Shown here piece by piece: positions 25,706-38,466 of a stretch of 64,000 nucleotides of DNA; the stretch's first letter is position 1, and each line of letters begins with the position of its first letter. The position numbers were made by a program, and so were the translations under genes. The DNA comes from Octopus vulgaris (Eukaryota): positions 15,190,001-15,254,000 of the forward strand of contig OX597836.1 of NCBI GenBank assembly GCA_951406725.2. The letters run 5' to 3'. Under the pieces are notes generated by a model. The model was not told the origin of the DNA. It saw only the letters and a list, made by a program, of their open reading frames with translations, and searched no databases.

Positions 25706-26055
25706 AATGCAGCACGGATTTTTGTCAGTGAACAGGTCGCGGATCCAATTAAGATTTTGTGGGGTCCACACAATAAAATATTAAATTGGGCGTCCACAAT
25801 AGTATTTTAAGGGCCCCTGAAAAAATTCTGGTTTAGATGTATGTATTGGTATGTATTGCAAGAAACAGCCGGGTTTCTTTCTCTAACATTTTACATAGTT
25901 CAACCTGCACAAGTTAACGTGTGAAAAGCAAAATAGAAATTTTGAAAGAAGGATCTATAAAACTAATTTTTTAAACATTGAAAGGCTCTAGGGTCCACCA
26001 AAATAAAATAGAAATCAAAGGGGTCTATAGGTAAAAATAGTTGAGAAACACTGGT

Positions 26056-26500
26056 TTAACCCTTTTGTTACCAACCCGGCTGAAACCAGATATGGTTCTG
26101 AGTACAAATGTCTTGTTTTCATAAGTTTTGAATTAAAATCTTCCACCAAACCTTAGTCACAATTTATATTCCTAACACTAGCTGAATGATAACTAAGTTA
26201 TTTTACTAAACTCTTTGTTATATTTAAAATTAATTGAAAGAAACACAGAGTATCTCAATAGAAATAAGGTAACAAAAGGGTTAAAGTCACCATGATATTT
26301 TTAACCCTTTCAATACCAAACTGGCTGAAACCAGCTCTGGCTCTGAGTACAAATGTCTTGTTTTCATAAGTTTTGAATTAAAAATGTTCCTAACACTAGA
26401 TGAATGGTAACTAAATTATTTTACCAAATTTTTTGTTGTATTTAAAGAAATTGAAAGAAAACAGAGCAACTCAAAATAAGTACAGTAACGAAAGGGTTAA
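26056..26500 (+). mobile_element. Second copy of the same TTAA-MITE dimer
   Basis: Same termini and same spacer (agtcaccatgatat). Confidence 0.75.
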
Positions 26501-26749
26501 TTGAATAAGTGAACCCTAGTACTTATTTGCACACTCACACAAGGACACGGACACACACACACACACACACACACATTCTTTTATCTCTTACTTGTTCCAG
26601 TGATTGGACTGCAGCCATGCTGGAGCACTCACTGCCTTTTGCTGTTTTCAGTTTAACAAATCAACCCCAGTATTTTTTTTTTTAAAGCCTGGTACTTATT
26701 CTCTCAGTCTCTTTTGCCGAATTGCTAGGTTACAGAGACAACAACAACA

Positions 26750-27100
26750 ACCCAGTGGTTAGGGCAGCGGTCTCGCGGTCGGAGGATCATGGTTTCGATT
26801 CCCAGACTGGTCCTTGTGTGTGTTTATTGAGCGAAAACACCTACAGCTCCACGAGGCTCCGGCAGGGGATTGTGGCGACCCCTGTTGTACTCTTTCGCAC
26901 CAACTTTCTCCCACTCTTTCTTCCTGTTTCTTGTCCCCAACATTCTACGCAACCGCTGAGCCTGGATGCGCATTCATCCATCCGTCGATGCTCTCGGTGT
27001 CGGGGGTTGACCTGCTTTCTCTTCTGCGGGTCTTACGAATAGCAAAGGACCACGTTTCGGAGTTCTCTCACTACAGAAGACCGCTTCGCTCAACATCAAC
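26750..27100 (+). mobile_element. tRNA(Arg)-like SINE with (CAA/CAT/CAG)n tail; related heads at 9140-9497 (-) and 14280-14440 (-)
   Basis: cccagtggttagggcagcggtctcgcggtcggaggatcatggtttcgattccc is a tRNA-like head with A and B boxes. Confidence 0.7.
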
Positions 27101-27419
27101 ATCAATATCATCAGCAGCAGCAGCAGCAGTATCAACAACAAAGCTTGTACTAGTTTCTTAACAATTGTTAACAATACTGAACTGGGTTCCCCAAATATTT
27201 CAATTTAAACAACCAGCTTAAGGGGAAACAAACCAAGCACTAACCTTCAACTCTGACATGCAACATTGCAATCAGTTCAGAATTATTGTCAATGATTCTT
27301 CTGTGTTTTTGATTTGATTACTCAAAACATTCCAGCCATGTCACAGACACTTTTCAACAATGGAGTGAACAAGTGTATTGTTACATATACAGGTATAGGT
27401 ATATACAGGTGTGTGTGTG

Positions 27420-27475
<56 letters not shown>

Positions 27476-27678
27476 AACATACATATATATATACACATGC
27501 ACACATGCTCATACATATATACATACACACACACACATACACACACACATATATATATACACACACACAGACACACATATATACACATATTCATATGTAT
27601 GGTTTTTGTGAGCAAGTGTATTGTTACATATACAGATGTGTGTGTGTGTGTGTGTGTGTGCATGTGTGTGTGCATGTG

Positions 27679-27729
<51 letters not shown>

Positions 27730-27819
27730 AGAGAATGAGATATACAGAAAGATAAAAAAATATAGACAGATAAATAGATAGGTATAAACATATATACATA
27801 TATATATATATATTAACAT

Positions 27820-27852
<33 letters not shown>

Positions 27853-28249
27853 CAAATACACATATATTGTTTTAGCATTTTATAAACCATGTTTTGTTTT
27901 CAAACTATGATGGAATGTCAGAAATGGCAGAGTGCCATTTAACGAGGGTTCTGGAATTTTAGTCCATTTTTAAGTTTTCATGTATTGGCCTGAGCCAGTG
28001 CCATATAAAGGCATGGGCACACAAGGCAGTTGTCCAGGGGCCTCATGGGTCAGTGGTGGTGGTTGTGGTGATGGAGGATGTGGGGGTTCTCAGTTCTAAT
28101 CCATATATGCCCTGCTTGCAGTCAACAAACAAATATTACAGGATCCACGATCGGAGACTGGTACTTCTTTATGCAGCTGCCCTCATCCACATGCATCACA
28201 TGACCATACCAGCACAGTCTTCTCTCCTGCACACAACATCTGCCTCCTC

Positions 28250-28800
28250 AACAAGGACAGACAAACGGATTAAGTCGATTACATCGACCCCAGTGCGTAA
28301 CTGGTACTTAATTTATCGACCCCGAAAGGATGAAAGGCAAAATCGACCTCGACGGAAATTGAACTCAGAACGTAGCAGCAGACAAAATACATATTTCTTT
28401 ACTACCCACAAGGGGCTAAACACAGTAGGGACAAACAAGGACAGACAAACGGATTAAGTCGATTACATGGACCCCAGTGCGTAACTGGTATTTAATTTAT
28501 TGACCCCGAAAGGATGAAAGGCAAAGTCGACCTCGACGGAAATTGAACTCAGAACGTAGCGGCAGACAAAATACATATTTCTTTACTACCCACAAGGGGC
28601 TAAACACAGTAGGGACAAACAAGGACAGACAAACGGATTAAGTCGATTACATCGACCCTAGTGCGTAACTGGTACTTAATTTATTGACCCCGAAAGGATG
28701 AAAGGCAAAGTCGACCTCGGCGGAAATTGAACTCAGAACGTAACGGCAGACGAAATACGGCTACGCATTTTGTCCGGCGTGCTAACGGTTCTGCCAGCTC
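28250..28800 (-). mobile_element. SINE family B, tandem trimer (other arrays 11958-12370, 45817-46500, 47333-47746, 52800-53315; singles 6940-7168, 15324-15625, 17461-17692, 29862-30078, 34466-34697, 39167-39400, 48279-48507, 51127-51358, 62665-62894)
   Basis: Head ggcggcgagctggcagaa with B-box-like gagttcaaattcc; about 184-nt tandem unit. Confidence 0.85.
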
Positions 28801-29159
28801 TCTTAAATCATTTACACTCTGATGTGCATGCACACTGATGTTACGTATTAATTTGTAAATAACCAGTTGGTAATAATAGTGTTGATATGATTGACTAAAA
28901 CCATTGAAAGCAATGCTCCAGTATGGCTGTAGTCCAGTGAACGAAATAAGTTAATGAGTGAAATTATAGAAAAAGAAAGATTTGTACCAAAACCATTTAC
29001 AGTTGGCTGGTTAAATGTTAGGGGCTGAGGAAGTTACCTCCCCTACGTTGTTTACTGTGATATTATGAACCTACATAACGTGTGTGTGTGTGTGTCTGTG
29101 TGTGCGTGCTGTACTATGAAAATACTGTATATGTATATATATACATGTGTGTGTGTGTT

Positions 29160-29311
29160 TATATCTATCTATCTATCTGTCTATCTGTCTGTCTATCTAT
29201 CTATCTATCTATCTATCTGTCTGTCTATCTGTCTATCTATCTATCTATCTATCTATCTGTCTGTCTATCTGTCTGTCTGTCAATCTATCTATCTATCTAT
29301 CTATCTGTCTG

Positions 29312-29382
<71 letters not shown>

Positions 29383-29410
29383 GTCTATCTATCTATCTAT
29401 CTACCTATCT
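29160..29410. repeat. (TATC)n/(TCTG)n microsatellite; (GATA)n also at 51357-51480
   Basis: Direct reading of the sequence. Confidence 0.95.
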
Positions 29411-30909
29411 CTACCTCCTCTACAGCAAGACACCTGTTTTTGTTTCTCTCTCTCACTATAACCTTTCATCATCTGACACAAATTCACCTTCTTCAATGTC
29501 CCTTCTCTTCTCATAATTCCTTGTCTAGCAAGTTACTTGGTGACCCTGCCAGTGCTGGTGCTGCGTAAAAAGCACACAGTCCACAGTGTAAAGTGGTTGG
29601 TGTTTGGAAGGGCATCCAGCTGTTTAATCTTGCCAAAACTGACCTCACCTGTGCTTGTGCCATGTAAAAAGTACTCAGTCCACTCTGCTGGGTGGCTGGT
29701 TGGTGTTAGGAAGGGCATCCAGCTATAAAAACCCTGCCAAAACAGAAATCTGGTGCAGGCTCCTGCCTGGCCAGCCCCTGTCAAACCATCCAACCCATGC
29801 TAGAATGGAAGGCTTACGTTAAACGATGATGATGATAATGATGATATATGTATATAGATAAGGCGGCGAGCTGGCAGAAACGTTAGCACGCTGGGCGAGA
29901 TGCTTAGCGGCATTTCGTCTGCCGTTACATTCTGAGTTCAAATTCCGCCAAGGTCGACTTTGCCTTTCATCCTTTCTAGGTCGATTAAATAAGTACCAGT
30001 TACGCACTGGGGTCGATATAATCGACTTAATCCGTTTGTCTGTCTGTGTTTAGCTCCTCATGAGTAGTAAAGAAATAGATATATGTATATAGATACCTAT
30101 TTATAATTGATATAGGATAAAAAAATTTATCAATGGCCAGCATATCAAAAAATGCCTTTAAAGGTAAAATTTATACATAATTTACAAGATAAGGGCAGAA
30201 GAAAATTCTAATGCCAGATACGCTGAAACAAAAAACTGTCGATAACCATTAAATTTATGCGTCTCGAATGTAAATTATGTATATAGATACCTAAAAAAAA
30301 TGAACTGTACTCCATTCCATGTCGTTCCAAACCAAGATAACCCCTGTACACAACCAGCTACAGGCAAATAAATTGTATCATAATTGAACTAAGTGAAACT
30401 GAGTTTATTGAGCAAGGTACCTTTTTGCAAAGTCACTTGACAAGCCACATCTGCACCAAAGGATGCACCCCCAACCAGGTGTCCAGAATCTCACCTGCGA
30501 GGAACCGATGCAAGATGGGCTGAAAAGATTGTTGTGATTTATTAAGAATCTTGTGAATTCCATTTCCTCTTTCTTTCATATGTTATATACTCAACAGACA
30601 TGGAGGAATTCCTGAAGTAAATCCAGTGGCATTTATATCCATGCTGTTGATGACATCAAGTAGCCACAGACAGTGATGGCACACTACCAGGTTCCAGGTT
30701 CAGTCCCACTGTGCAACACCTTGAGCAAGTGTCTTCTACTATAGTCTCAGGCTGAGTAAAGCCTTGTGAGTGGATTTGGTAGGTGGAAACTGAAAGCAGC
30801 CCCTCATAAATATATATATATATATATATGTATATATAACTAAAATCAAAATGAGGGTGAAAAAATTGGATATTAATTTGATAACATCAATTTTAACACC
30901 AATGGTCTA

Positions 30910-31096
30910 GCGGATCCGTGGAACAAGCTGCCAGACGAGATGGTGAAGATGCTGACGACCGCTTTGTTCAAAGCCTCCCTGGACCTCAAGTGGCCTGAAC
31001 TCTTTACATGAACACCACCCTGTACTTAACTCCATGTCCCCCTACATGGCCTTGCTATTTGCTTTTGAGCCAAATTAACTAACTAACTAACTAACT
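30910..31096 (+). mobile_element. CR1-like LINE 3' end with (AACT)n tail
   Basis: DPWNKLPDEMVKMLTTALFKASLD and taactaactaact tail. Confidence 0.55.
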
Positions 31097-34000
31097 GAGA
31101 TTCAGTAAATAGTATTTCATACATAAATATAAGACGGGATTTTTTAACCACTATGTGGAAACCCTTATGCTAGAAGATCTGCTACGGTCTTAACCACTAA
31201 GAATTGTTTTCCAGAAAATTTAGCACACCAGAAACGTAAGCGAGCAAGACAAATGAAAAAGTAACAAAAATATAGATTAATCATAAACAATGATGCGTGG
31301 CATCTTGGGCAAGTGTCTTCTACTATAGCCTCGGGCCGACCAAAGCCTTGTGAGTGGATTTGGTAGACAGAAACTGAAAGAAGCCCATCGAATGTATGTA
31401 TATATATATATATATGTTTGTGTGTCTCTGTTTGTTGTCCCCCCAACATCGCTTGACAACCAATGCTGGTTTGTTTACATCTCCGTAACTTAGCGGTTCG
31501 GCAAAAGAGACCGATAGAATAAGTACTAGGCTTACAAAGAATAAGTCTTGGGGTCGATTTCCTCGACTAAAGGTGGTGCTCCAGCATGGCCACAGTCAAA
31601 TAACTGAAACAAGTAAATGAATTGTTTCACTATCAACAAATTACGTAATTTTACTTACACAATTTATCTGCAGATCATCAGTATGATCGTCTATGCAGAA
31701 TATAATTTGCAGAACTTCACACCAGATATCAACACGAGGTCGAAAATGCATGCGGTTCTACCTATTACATTTGCAGTTATTTTCAAAAGTCTTCGTTTAG
31801 GCGTGCTAAATTACCGGAAATAAATACTGCATAAATCAAACACCCCCATTTTGGTTGGCATTAGGAAGGGCATCCAGCTGTAGAAACCAAGCCAAAATCT
31901 GACTGCTAAATGATGATGATGATGATGATGATATATGTTGTACTATGAGAGTGGGTGTTGATATTAAACATTACAAACAAATGTGTAAACAAAGAAAAAG
32001 GAAATGAAGGTGAAAATACTGATAGACTGCTGTGGTACACACTTGTGTGCTTCTGTGTGTGTGTGTGTGCGTATCTGCATATGTTTGTATGTGTGTGTTC
32101 GCGTGTTTGTGTTTTTGGCAACCAATTTCACTAAATGTCTCTTGTAATATTGTAGAGATCTCATGTCACAACAAAGGAACTGGTTAAAGCCCCACACCCT
32201 GTCCCTTCTACCACCACCACCACCGCCACTGCCACCACCACCACTAACAGCAACAGCAACACTTCAACCACCAACACTGGTGCCATTAGTACCACCAGTA
32301 GCATACATTTCCACCACTACTACCACTACCACCACCACCACCACCACCACCACCAACAGCAATACTACCACCATCATCACTGCCGCCACCACTTTCACCA
32401 CTACCAACCACCTCCACCACACTATCACTACTTCCACCACCATCATAAAAAAAAACCATCCCCCCCCCCCCAATCTTCACCACCATCACCAGTAATATAC
32501 AGTTATTTGTTGGTTTGAGTCATCAAATTAGACAGTGAATATGTGGATGGGGTGGGGGCGAAGCAAATGGAAAGGAAACACTTTGCCATAGGGGTGGGTG
32601 CCAGGGGTGTGGGTGTGGGGAAATCTGTCAATGATTTCATGAAACAGCTCACAGTTTCTGCAAGAAAAGAACCACAGCTCTTAAGTCTTTTGTTGCCGTA
32701 TTTCTGTGGAGATACACTGGCTTTGTTTCAATTAATTTTGAATATAATGAAGAATTTAGTAACATAACTTTGTCATTCTCACACCAATGTTTGGAATAAA
32801 AATCAAAATGAAATGTTGATGGAAGATTATAATTTAGATTATTTTAACTCTTTCATTAGCATATTGGATCTTTTCTTTTTGATGGACGGAATTTTCTAGT
32901 AAACTAAACAATTTGAAACTTCGTATACTGGTAGAATGTGTCAAAAGAAAACATTATTGTAAATAAAATTGAAAACAAAATTGTAATTTGTAAGTTTAAC
33001 GTAGTTTAATTCTTCGAATTTTAACCAATGAAATCCCAGCATTTGAGCTCAATTCATTTGCTGCGTCTAAGTAAACAGCACACACACACACACGCACACA
33101 TGTTATTCATCCTTCTCACTTCTGTCTTCTGTCTTCTAAGAAATACACTACCATTTACTCTTTTACTTGTTTCAGTCATTTGACTGTGGTCATGCTGGAG
33201 CACTGCCTTTTGTCGAGCAAATCAGCCCCAGGGCTTATTCTTTGTAAGCCTAGTACTTATTTTATCGGTCTCTTTTGCCGAACAGCTAAGTTACGGGGGA
33301 CGTAAACACACCAGCATCGGTTGTCAAGCGATGTTAGTGGGGACAAACACAGACACACAAACATATACACACACACATACATATACATATATATATATAT
33401 ACATATATACGATGGGATTCTTTCAGTTTCCGTCTACCAAATCCACTCACAAGGCTTTGGTCGGCCCGAGGCTATAATAGAAGACACTTGCCCAAGGTGC
33501 CTCACAGTGGGACTGAACCCGGAACCATGTGGTTCGTAAGCAAGCTACTTACCACACAGCCACTCCTACGCCATTGTTCCAATTTATTTTGAAAATAACA
33601 AAGAATTTACTAAAATAACTCATTATAAGGCCTAGTGTTTGGAGCATAAATTAATGTGAAATTTTGATGCAAAGTTCTAATCTAGATCATTTTAACCCCT
33701 TTTGTTATCATATTTCTGTAGAAATACACTACCTTTCTATCAATTAATTTCGAAAATAACAAGGAATTTACTAAAATAACTGTCATTCTCACTCCAGTGT
33801 TTGGAATAAAAATTAACCCAAAATTTTGATGGAAGATTTTAATCTGGATCACTTTAAAAAGAGGAAATTTGCATCACAGAAATCAGTGATTGCTATCGGA
33901 TGAGTCACAGACTGCATAGACTGATATAGACTCCTTACAATATTTAACCCTTCTGATTACTCAATCAAAAGTAATGCTTATGTAATCACATTGTTTTAAA

Positions 34001-35167
34001 TTATTCATGCATTATTGGGATTTTTGATGACATGAGTATTTATTTTTATAATGACATTGTAGGATATGTACAAGAGACCAGATCTGGCTGGTTTGAACAT
34101 AAAACAGGTAGAATAATTAGGCTGGATATGACTGGTTTAAACACTAAAGGGTTAACCCTTTTCTTACCATATACTGGCATTAGAAAGGGCATCCAGCCAT
34201 AGAAACCATGCCAAAACAAACAGGGACCCGAACAGCCCTTCAGCTGGTTGGTTCCTGTCAAACTGTCCAGCCCCTGCTAGGTAAAATGCTTAGCTGCATT
34301 TCAACCTGTCTTTACTTTTAATTTAATTCAAATTAGGGTGAGGCTGACTGCTTTTCATCCTTTCGAGGTTGATAAATTAAGTACCAGTGAAACACTGGGG
34401 TCAATGGGATTAACTAGTCCCTCTCCCTTCAAATATAGTAGAAAGGATTATTAAGGATTATTAAAGGCGGTGAGCTGGCAGAAACGTTAGCACGCCGGGC
34501 AAAATGCTTAGCAGTATTTCGTCTGCCGCTACGTTCTGAGTTCAAATTCCGTCAAGGTCAACTTTGCCTTTCATCCTTTCGGGGTTGATAAATTAAGTAC
34601 CAGTTACGCACTAGGGTCGATATAATCGACTTAATTCTTTTGTCTGTCCTAGTTTGTCCCTTCTGTCTTTAGCCCCTTGTGGGCAGTAAAGAAATAAGAA
34701 AGGATTATTAAGCTGGTGTTTAAGGCAGTGAGCTGGTAAAATTGTTTCTGGACCCAACAAAATGCTTAGCATTATTTCTTCTAACTTTATATTCTGAGTT
34801 CAAATGCTGCTAAGGTTGACTCTACCTTTCATATTTTTGGGGTCAATAAAATAAGTATGAGTTCAGCACTGGGGTTGCTGTAATCAACTAAGCCCTTCCC
34901 TGAAATTGCTGGCCTTGTGCCAAAATTTGAAACCATTATTAAGCTGGTGTTTGGAACATAAATTAACATGAAATTTTTAAGAAAGGTTTTAATTTAGATT
35001 TATCTAAAATAGGAAATTTATATTTTTGACTGTGGCCATGCTGGAACACTGCCTTTTAGTCTAAGATACTGACCCCTAGAGTTATTCTTTGTGAGCCTGG
35101 TAGTTATACTATTGGCACCTTTTGTCAAACAGTTAAGTTACGCCTATGAAATTTTCAGCCCACCCTT

Positions 35168-35216
<49 letters not shown>

Positions 35217-35765
35217 TATATATATATCAATATGTATATATACACATATATGTATATCTATATATACATGTATATATATGTAGGTCCCGGGTTGAGTCGG
35301 GGTTAACCACAGTAAATAAGGTACTCAATACATAGCAGAGTAAATTAATTTATTTTATAGAAGGAGCTTCTACAGGACCAGAACTGTTTCATTCATATAT
35401 ACATATATGTATATATATGTATATATATATGTATATGTATGTGTACGTATGTATATATATATGTATGTATATGTGGGTATGTATGTATATGTATAGATAT
35501 ATGTGAATATGCGGGTGTGTATATGTGTATATATATATATGTAGATGTACAAGTGAGAGTCTCCCCACTTACCTAAAACTCTATTTTTCTATTTATATAT
35601 TTTTTTATTCTTTTATTTATTCTTTTATCTACTTTACCACTGATTCCTTTGACCACTTCCCTAATAATGACAGTTTTGCGCCATGCCTACCCCCAAAAAA
35701 GTCCCCCACCACCACCCATTTAAACCTGCCTAAATGTATAAATGCCAAAACAACTCTTGTCTACT

Positions 35766-35816
35766 AGCTTCCTGATGATTTCTTTTGAATGAAACAGTTC
35801 TGGTCCTGTAGAAGCT
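35766..35816 (+). ncRNA. Type I hammerhead ribozyme, canonical core
   Basis: AGCTTC-CTGATGA-tTTCttttGAAt-GAAA-CAG(ttctggtc)CTG-TA-GAAGCT. Stem I 6 bp, stem II 3 bp, stem III 4 bp, GUA cleavage triplet. Confidence 0.85.
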
Positions 35817-35828
35817 CCTCTATAAAAT

Positions 35829-35877
<49 letters not shown>

Positions 35878-36216
35878 TGTATACATATGTATAGATATAT
35901 ATATGTGTGTATGTGTATATATGTGTACGTGTGTGTGTGTGTGTGTGTGCAATTACGAATGAATGTATGTTTCAAGAAAGCCTATTTTTTGTCTCGTGGA
36001 TCACCAGGAGTTGGCGTCAAGAAAATGCCATGTGATGATATGCCATTATAATTACCATTATGCAACAACAATTATGAAATTAGACACTGACATATATACT
36101 TAGGGAATTTTGGGATATTCACACACTCACACATATATTTGTCTGAAATGAGATTTTTCACCCCTCACACCAATTTCACTGTACTCTTTCTGTGTGCATG
36201 AATGTATGTATGTATA

Positions 36217-36268
<52 letters not shown>

Positions 36269-36472
36269 ATCCAAACAAGAAAACACAAAAAAACACAACA
36301 ACGTGAGGACGTGGAACAAATATAGTATTATTGGACACTCAGGAAAGAAGGGAAGAAGGAGGGTTTAACGTTTCGAGCGGGGAAAGATCCAGAGAAGGGA
36401 AGACAGAGGAAAAAAATCGCCAACGCTACACACGAGGTCACATATATAAATATGTATATATATATATATATG

Positions 36473-36521
<49 letters not shown>

Positions 36522-36549
36522 ATATGTATATATATGTATATGTATATGA

Positions 36550-36601
<52 letters not shown>

Positions 36602-36825
36602 TTATCTATAAATAAGGATAACATACTGGCCACTTGATAAGATCGATATTTAAATATTGATATTATCCTTATTTATAAATTTATATAGTTCGTCATCGTA
36701 TTCACTGCGGTGTTTATTTTGATCATATCGCGCTTGGAGATGTTTGGCGGGCAATTTAAGCCACTCTAGTACATACGTCATATATATGTATGTATGAGTG
36801 TTCGTATATGTAAGTATAATGTATG

Positions 36826-36861
<36 letters not shown>

Positions 36862-36876
36862 GTGCTTATCTGGTAT

Positions 36877-36935
36877 ATTCAACTGAAGAAGGCAGAGCTT
36901 CTCTGAAGCAAAGCCAGAAATCCAGGATCTTGAAT
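36877..36935 (+). ncRNA. Type I hammerhead ribozyme with quasi-palindromic stem III (dimer type)
   Basis: ATTCAA-CTGAAGA-aGGC...GCCa-GAAA-TCCAGGA-TC-TTGAAT. Stem I is a perfect 6 bp; AUC triplet. Confidence 0.8.
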
Positions 36936-38343
36936 TATCCAGTAAAATCTTTTTTGCTAGTTTATTTTGTTTCTCTGTCTTCTCGTCTGGTGCGATATGA
37001 ACATTTAAGGTGGTTTTAGGATCAGGGTTTTGACTGCTACTTCAGTATGGTGGTATCTCTCAGATACCCTAATTTATAGTTTTATATATATATATATATC
37101 TGTGGCAAAGGCTGACTTGGAAACAAGGGCATGCAGTCTATGATGCAGGCCAATCATCAAGACAAAGTGAGTGGGACAGTGCACTCTTACTCTCTCCACC
37201 CTTAAACAATTTTTGTTCTTCCCCCACCACCTCTGTCTGTGAAAGTGATGTGAAATAATTTTAATGTGAGAAAATACACTTCTACAAACCAGCCACACTT
37301 TGGGCTTGATGCCTCTCTCCACTGGACTTGATGGTCCTCCATTAGTCTGCCATGATGACTTTTATTGGTTACGAGAGAAATCAGAGAAAATAATAGAACC
37401 TACATATAAAGAGCTACCGTAAATCCTCGAGTATAATCTGCACTTTTTTCCCAAAATTTAAAGGGCAAAATCCTTAGTGCGTACCAACATGCCGAGCAGG
37501 AACACGAGGTCTCACTCAACAACATAGAAGTTAAAATCTTGTCCACACATAGAACAGACGCAACGCTTAGACAAATTACAGAAACTACACACATAATAGA
37601 AGATAAACCTAGCCTGAATAGGAAACTGGGATGGAACACTAGCACACACCACAGCATATGACAGAAGTAGATACCCATAAACTGGTAACAATATAAACAA
37701 AACTAAAAACAATAAAATACACAGATAGATAAACAAATGGAAGTAAATAACTATATACATTAAAAATAATAATAATAATAATAAAAAAATAATAATAAGT
37801 AGGTGTAAACACATGAACAAAATAAAAATAAACAAAAACAAATTACACGAACATATATAAACAGGAGATACAAATATTACAGACACTCCCCCCCACACAC
37901 ACACACACACTAACTAAACATAGACACACATAGAGGTATACACATGCGCAAATGGAGACACATACAATAGGAATACAAAATGGTTGACCGTCAGTAAGGA
38001 GAGACACACAAATAAGAAGGAAGAAAGCAAAGGACCACTGATGAGGTCACAGGCGTGTGATGAAAGAACTTTGGCCGAAATAAGATTAAGATTAATGTAA
38101 AAAATAAATAACGCTGAAGCAAAATAACACTAAATATATAGTGTGTGTGTTTTTATTGGCTAAATTGGCACAATGACCATTCCTAAATACAACGATAAAA
38201 TATTACAGAGATGTACTTGCATAGCAAGTGATTTGATCTGAGATCGTGTGCTGAAACGAAAACAATTGCAACGTGGAAGGTGTTTGTAAGCCATTTAAGA
38301 AACACACAAAAGCCGTTCATTTCACTTCAACATTTAAGTTTAA

Positions 38344-38394
38344 TTTGTCAAAATATTTTCGTCGCTATAAGACCGCAACCTGTTCACTGACAAA
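38344..38394 (-). ncRNA. Inverted partner copy of the G3-C8 hammerhead-like motif
   Basis: Reverse complement reads TTTGTCA-GTGAACA-gGTTGC(ggtcttata)GCGAC-GAA-AATATT-T-TGACAAA. Confidence 0.65.
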
Positions 38395-38416
38395 AATCCG
38401 GGATGCAGCACGAATT

Positions 38417-38466
38417 TTTGTCAGTGAACAGGTCGCAGATTTTAGCGACGAAAATATTTTGACAAA
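38417..38466 (+). ncRNA. Minimal hammerhead-like ribozyme with G3-C8 core variant (GUGAACA)
   Basis: TTTGTCA-GTGAACA-gGTCGC(agatttta)GCGAC-GAA-AATATT-T-TGACAAA. Stem I 7 bp, stem II 5 bp, palindromic stem III. Confidence 0.7.

Noticed and set aside
25514-25784. Duplicated ORF MEGVCKPFKKHTKAV... (also 38273-38470)
   Set aside because: Coincidental frame within the foldback ribozyme element; conservation is better explained by repeat identity and RNA structure.
26750-26815. Functional tRNA gene
   Set aside because: The tRNA-like head continues into a SINE body and tail; acceptor stem incomplete; related heads are dispersed.
27314-27861. Long ORFs rich in Y/I/C/V/H/T (also 29065-29568, 49020-51206, 54556-55191, 60653-60995)
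   Set aside because: Translations of (TA)n, (CA)n, (TATC)n, (GGT)n and (GAAA)n microsatellites; no splice or homology support.
38031-38095. CTGATGA-stem II-GAAA as a complete ribozyme
   Set aside because: No UH cleavage site or stem I partner found in type I or III topology; kept only as a remnant.
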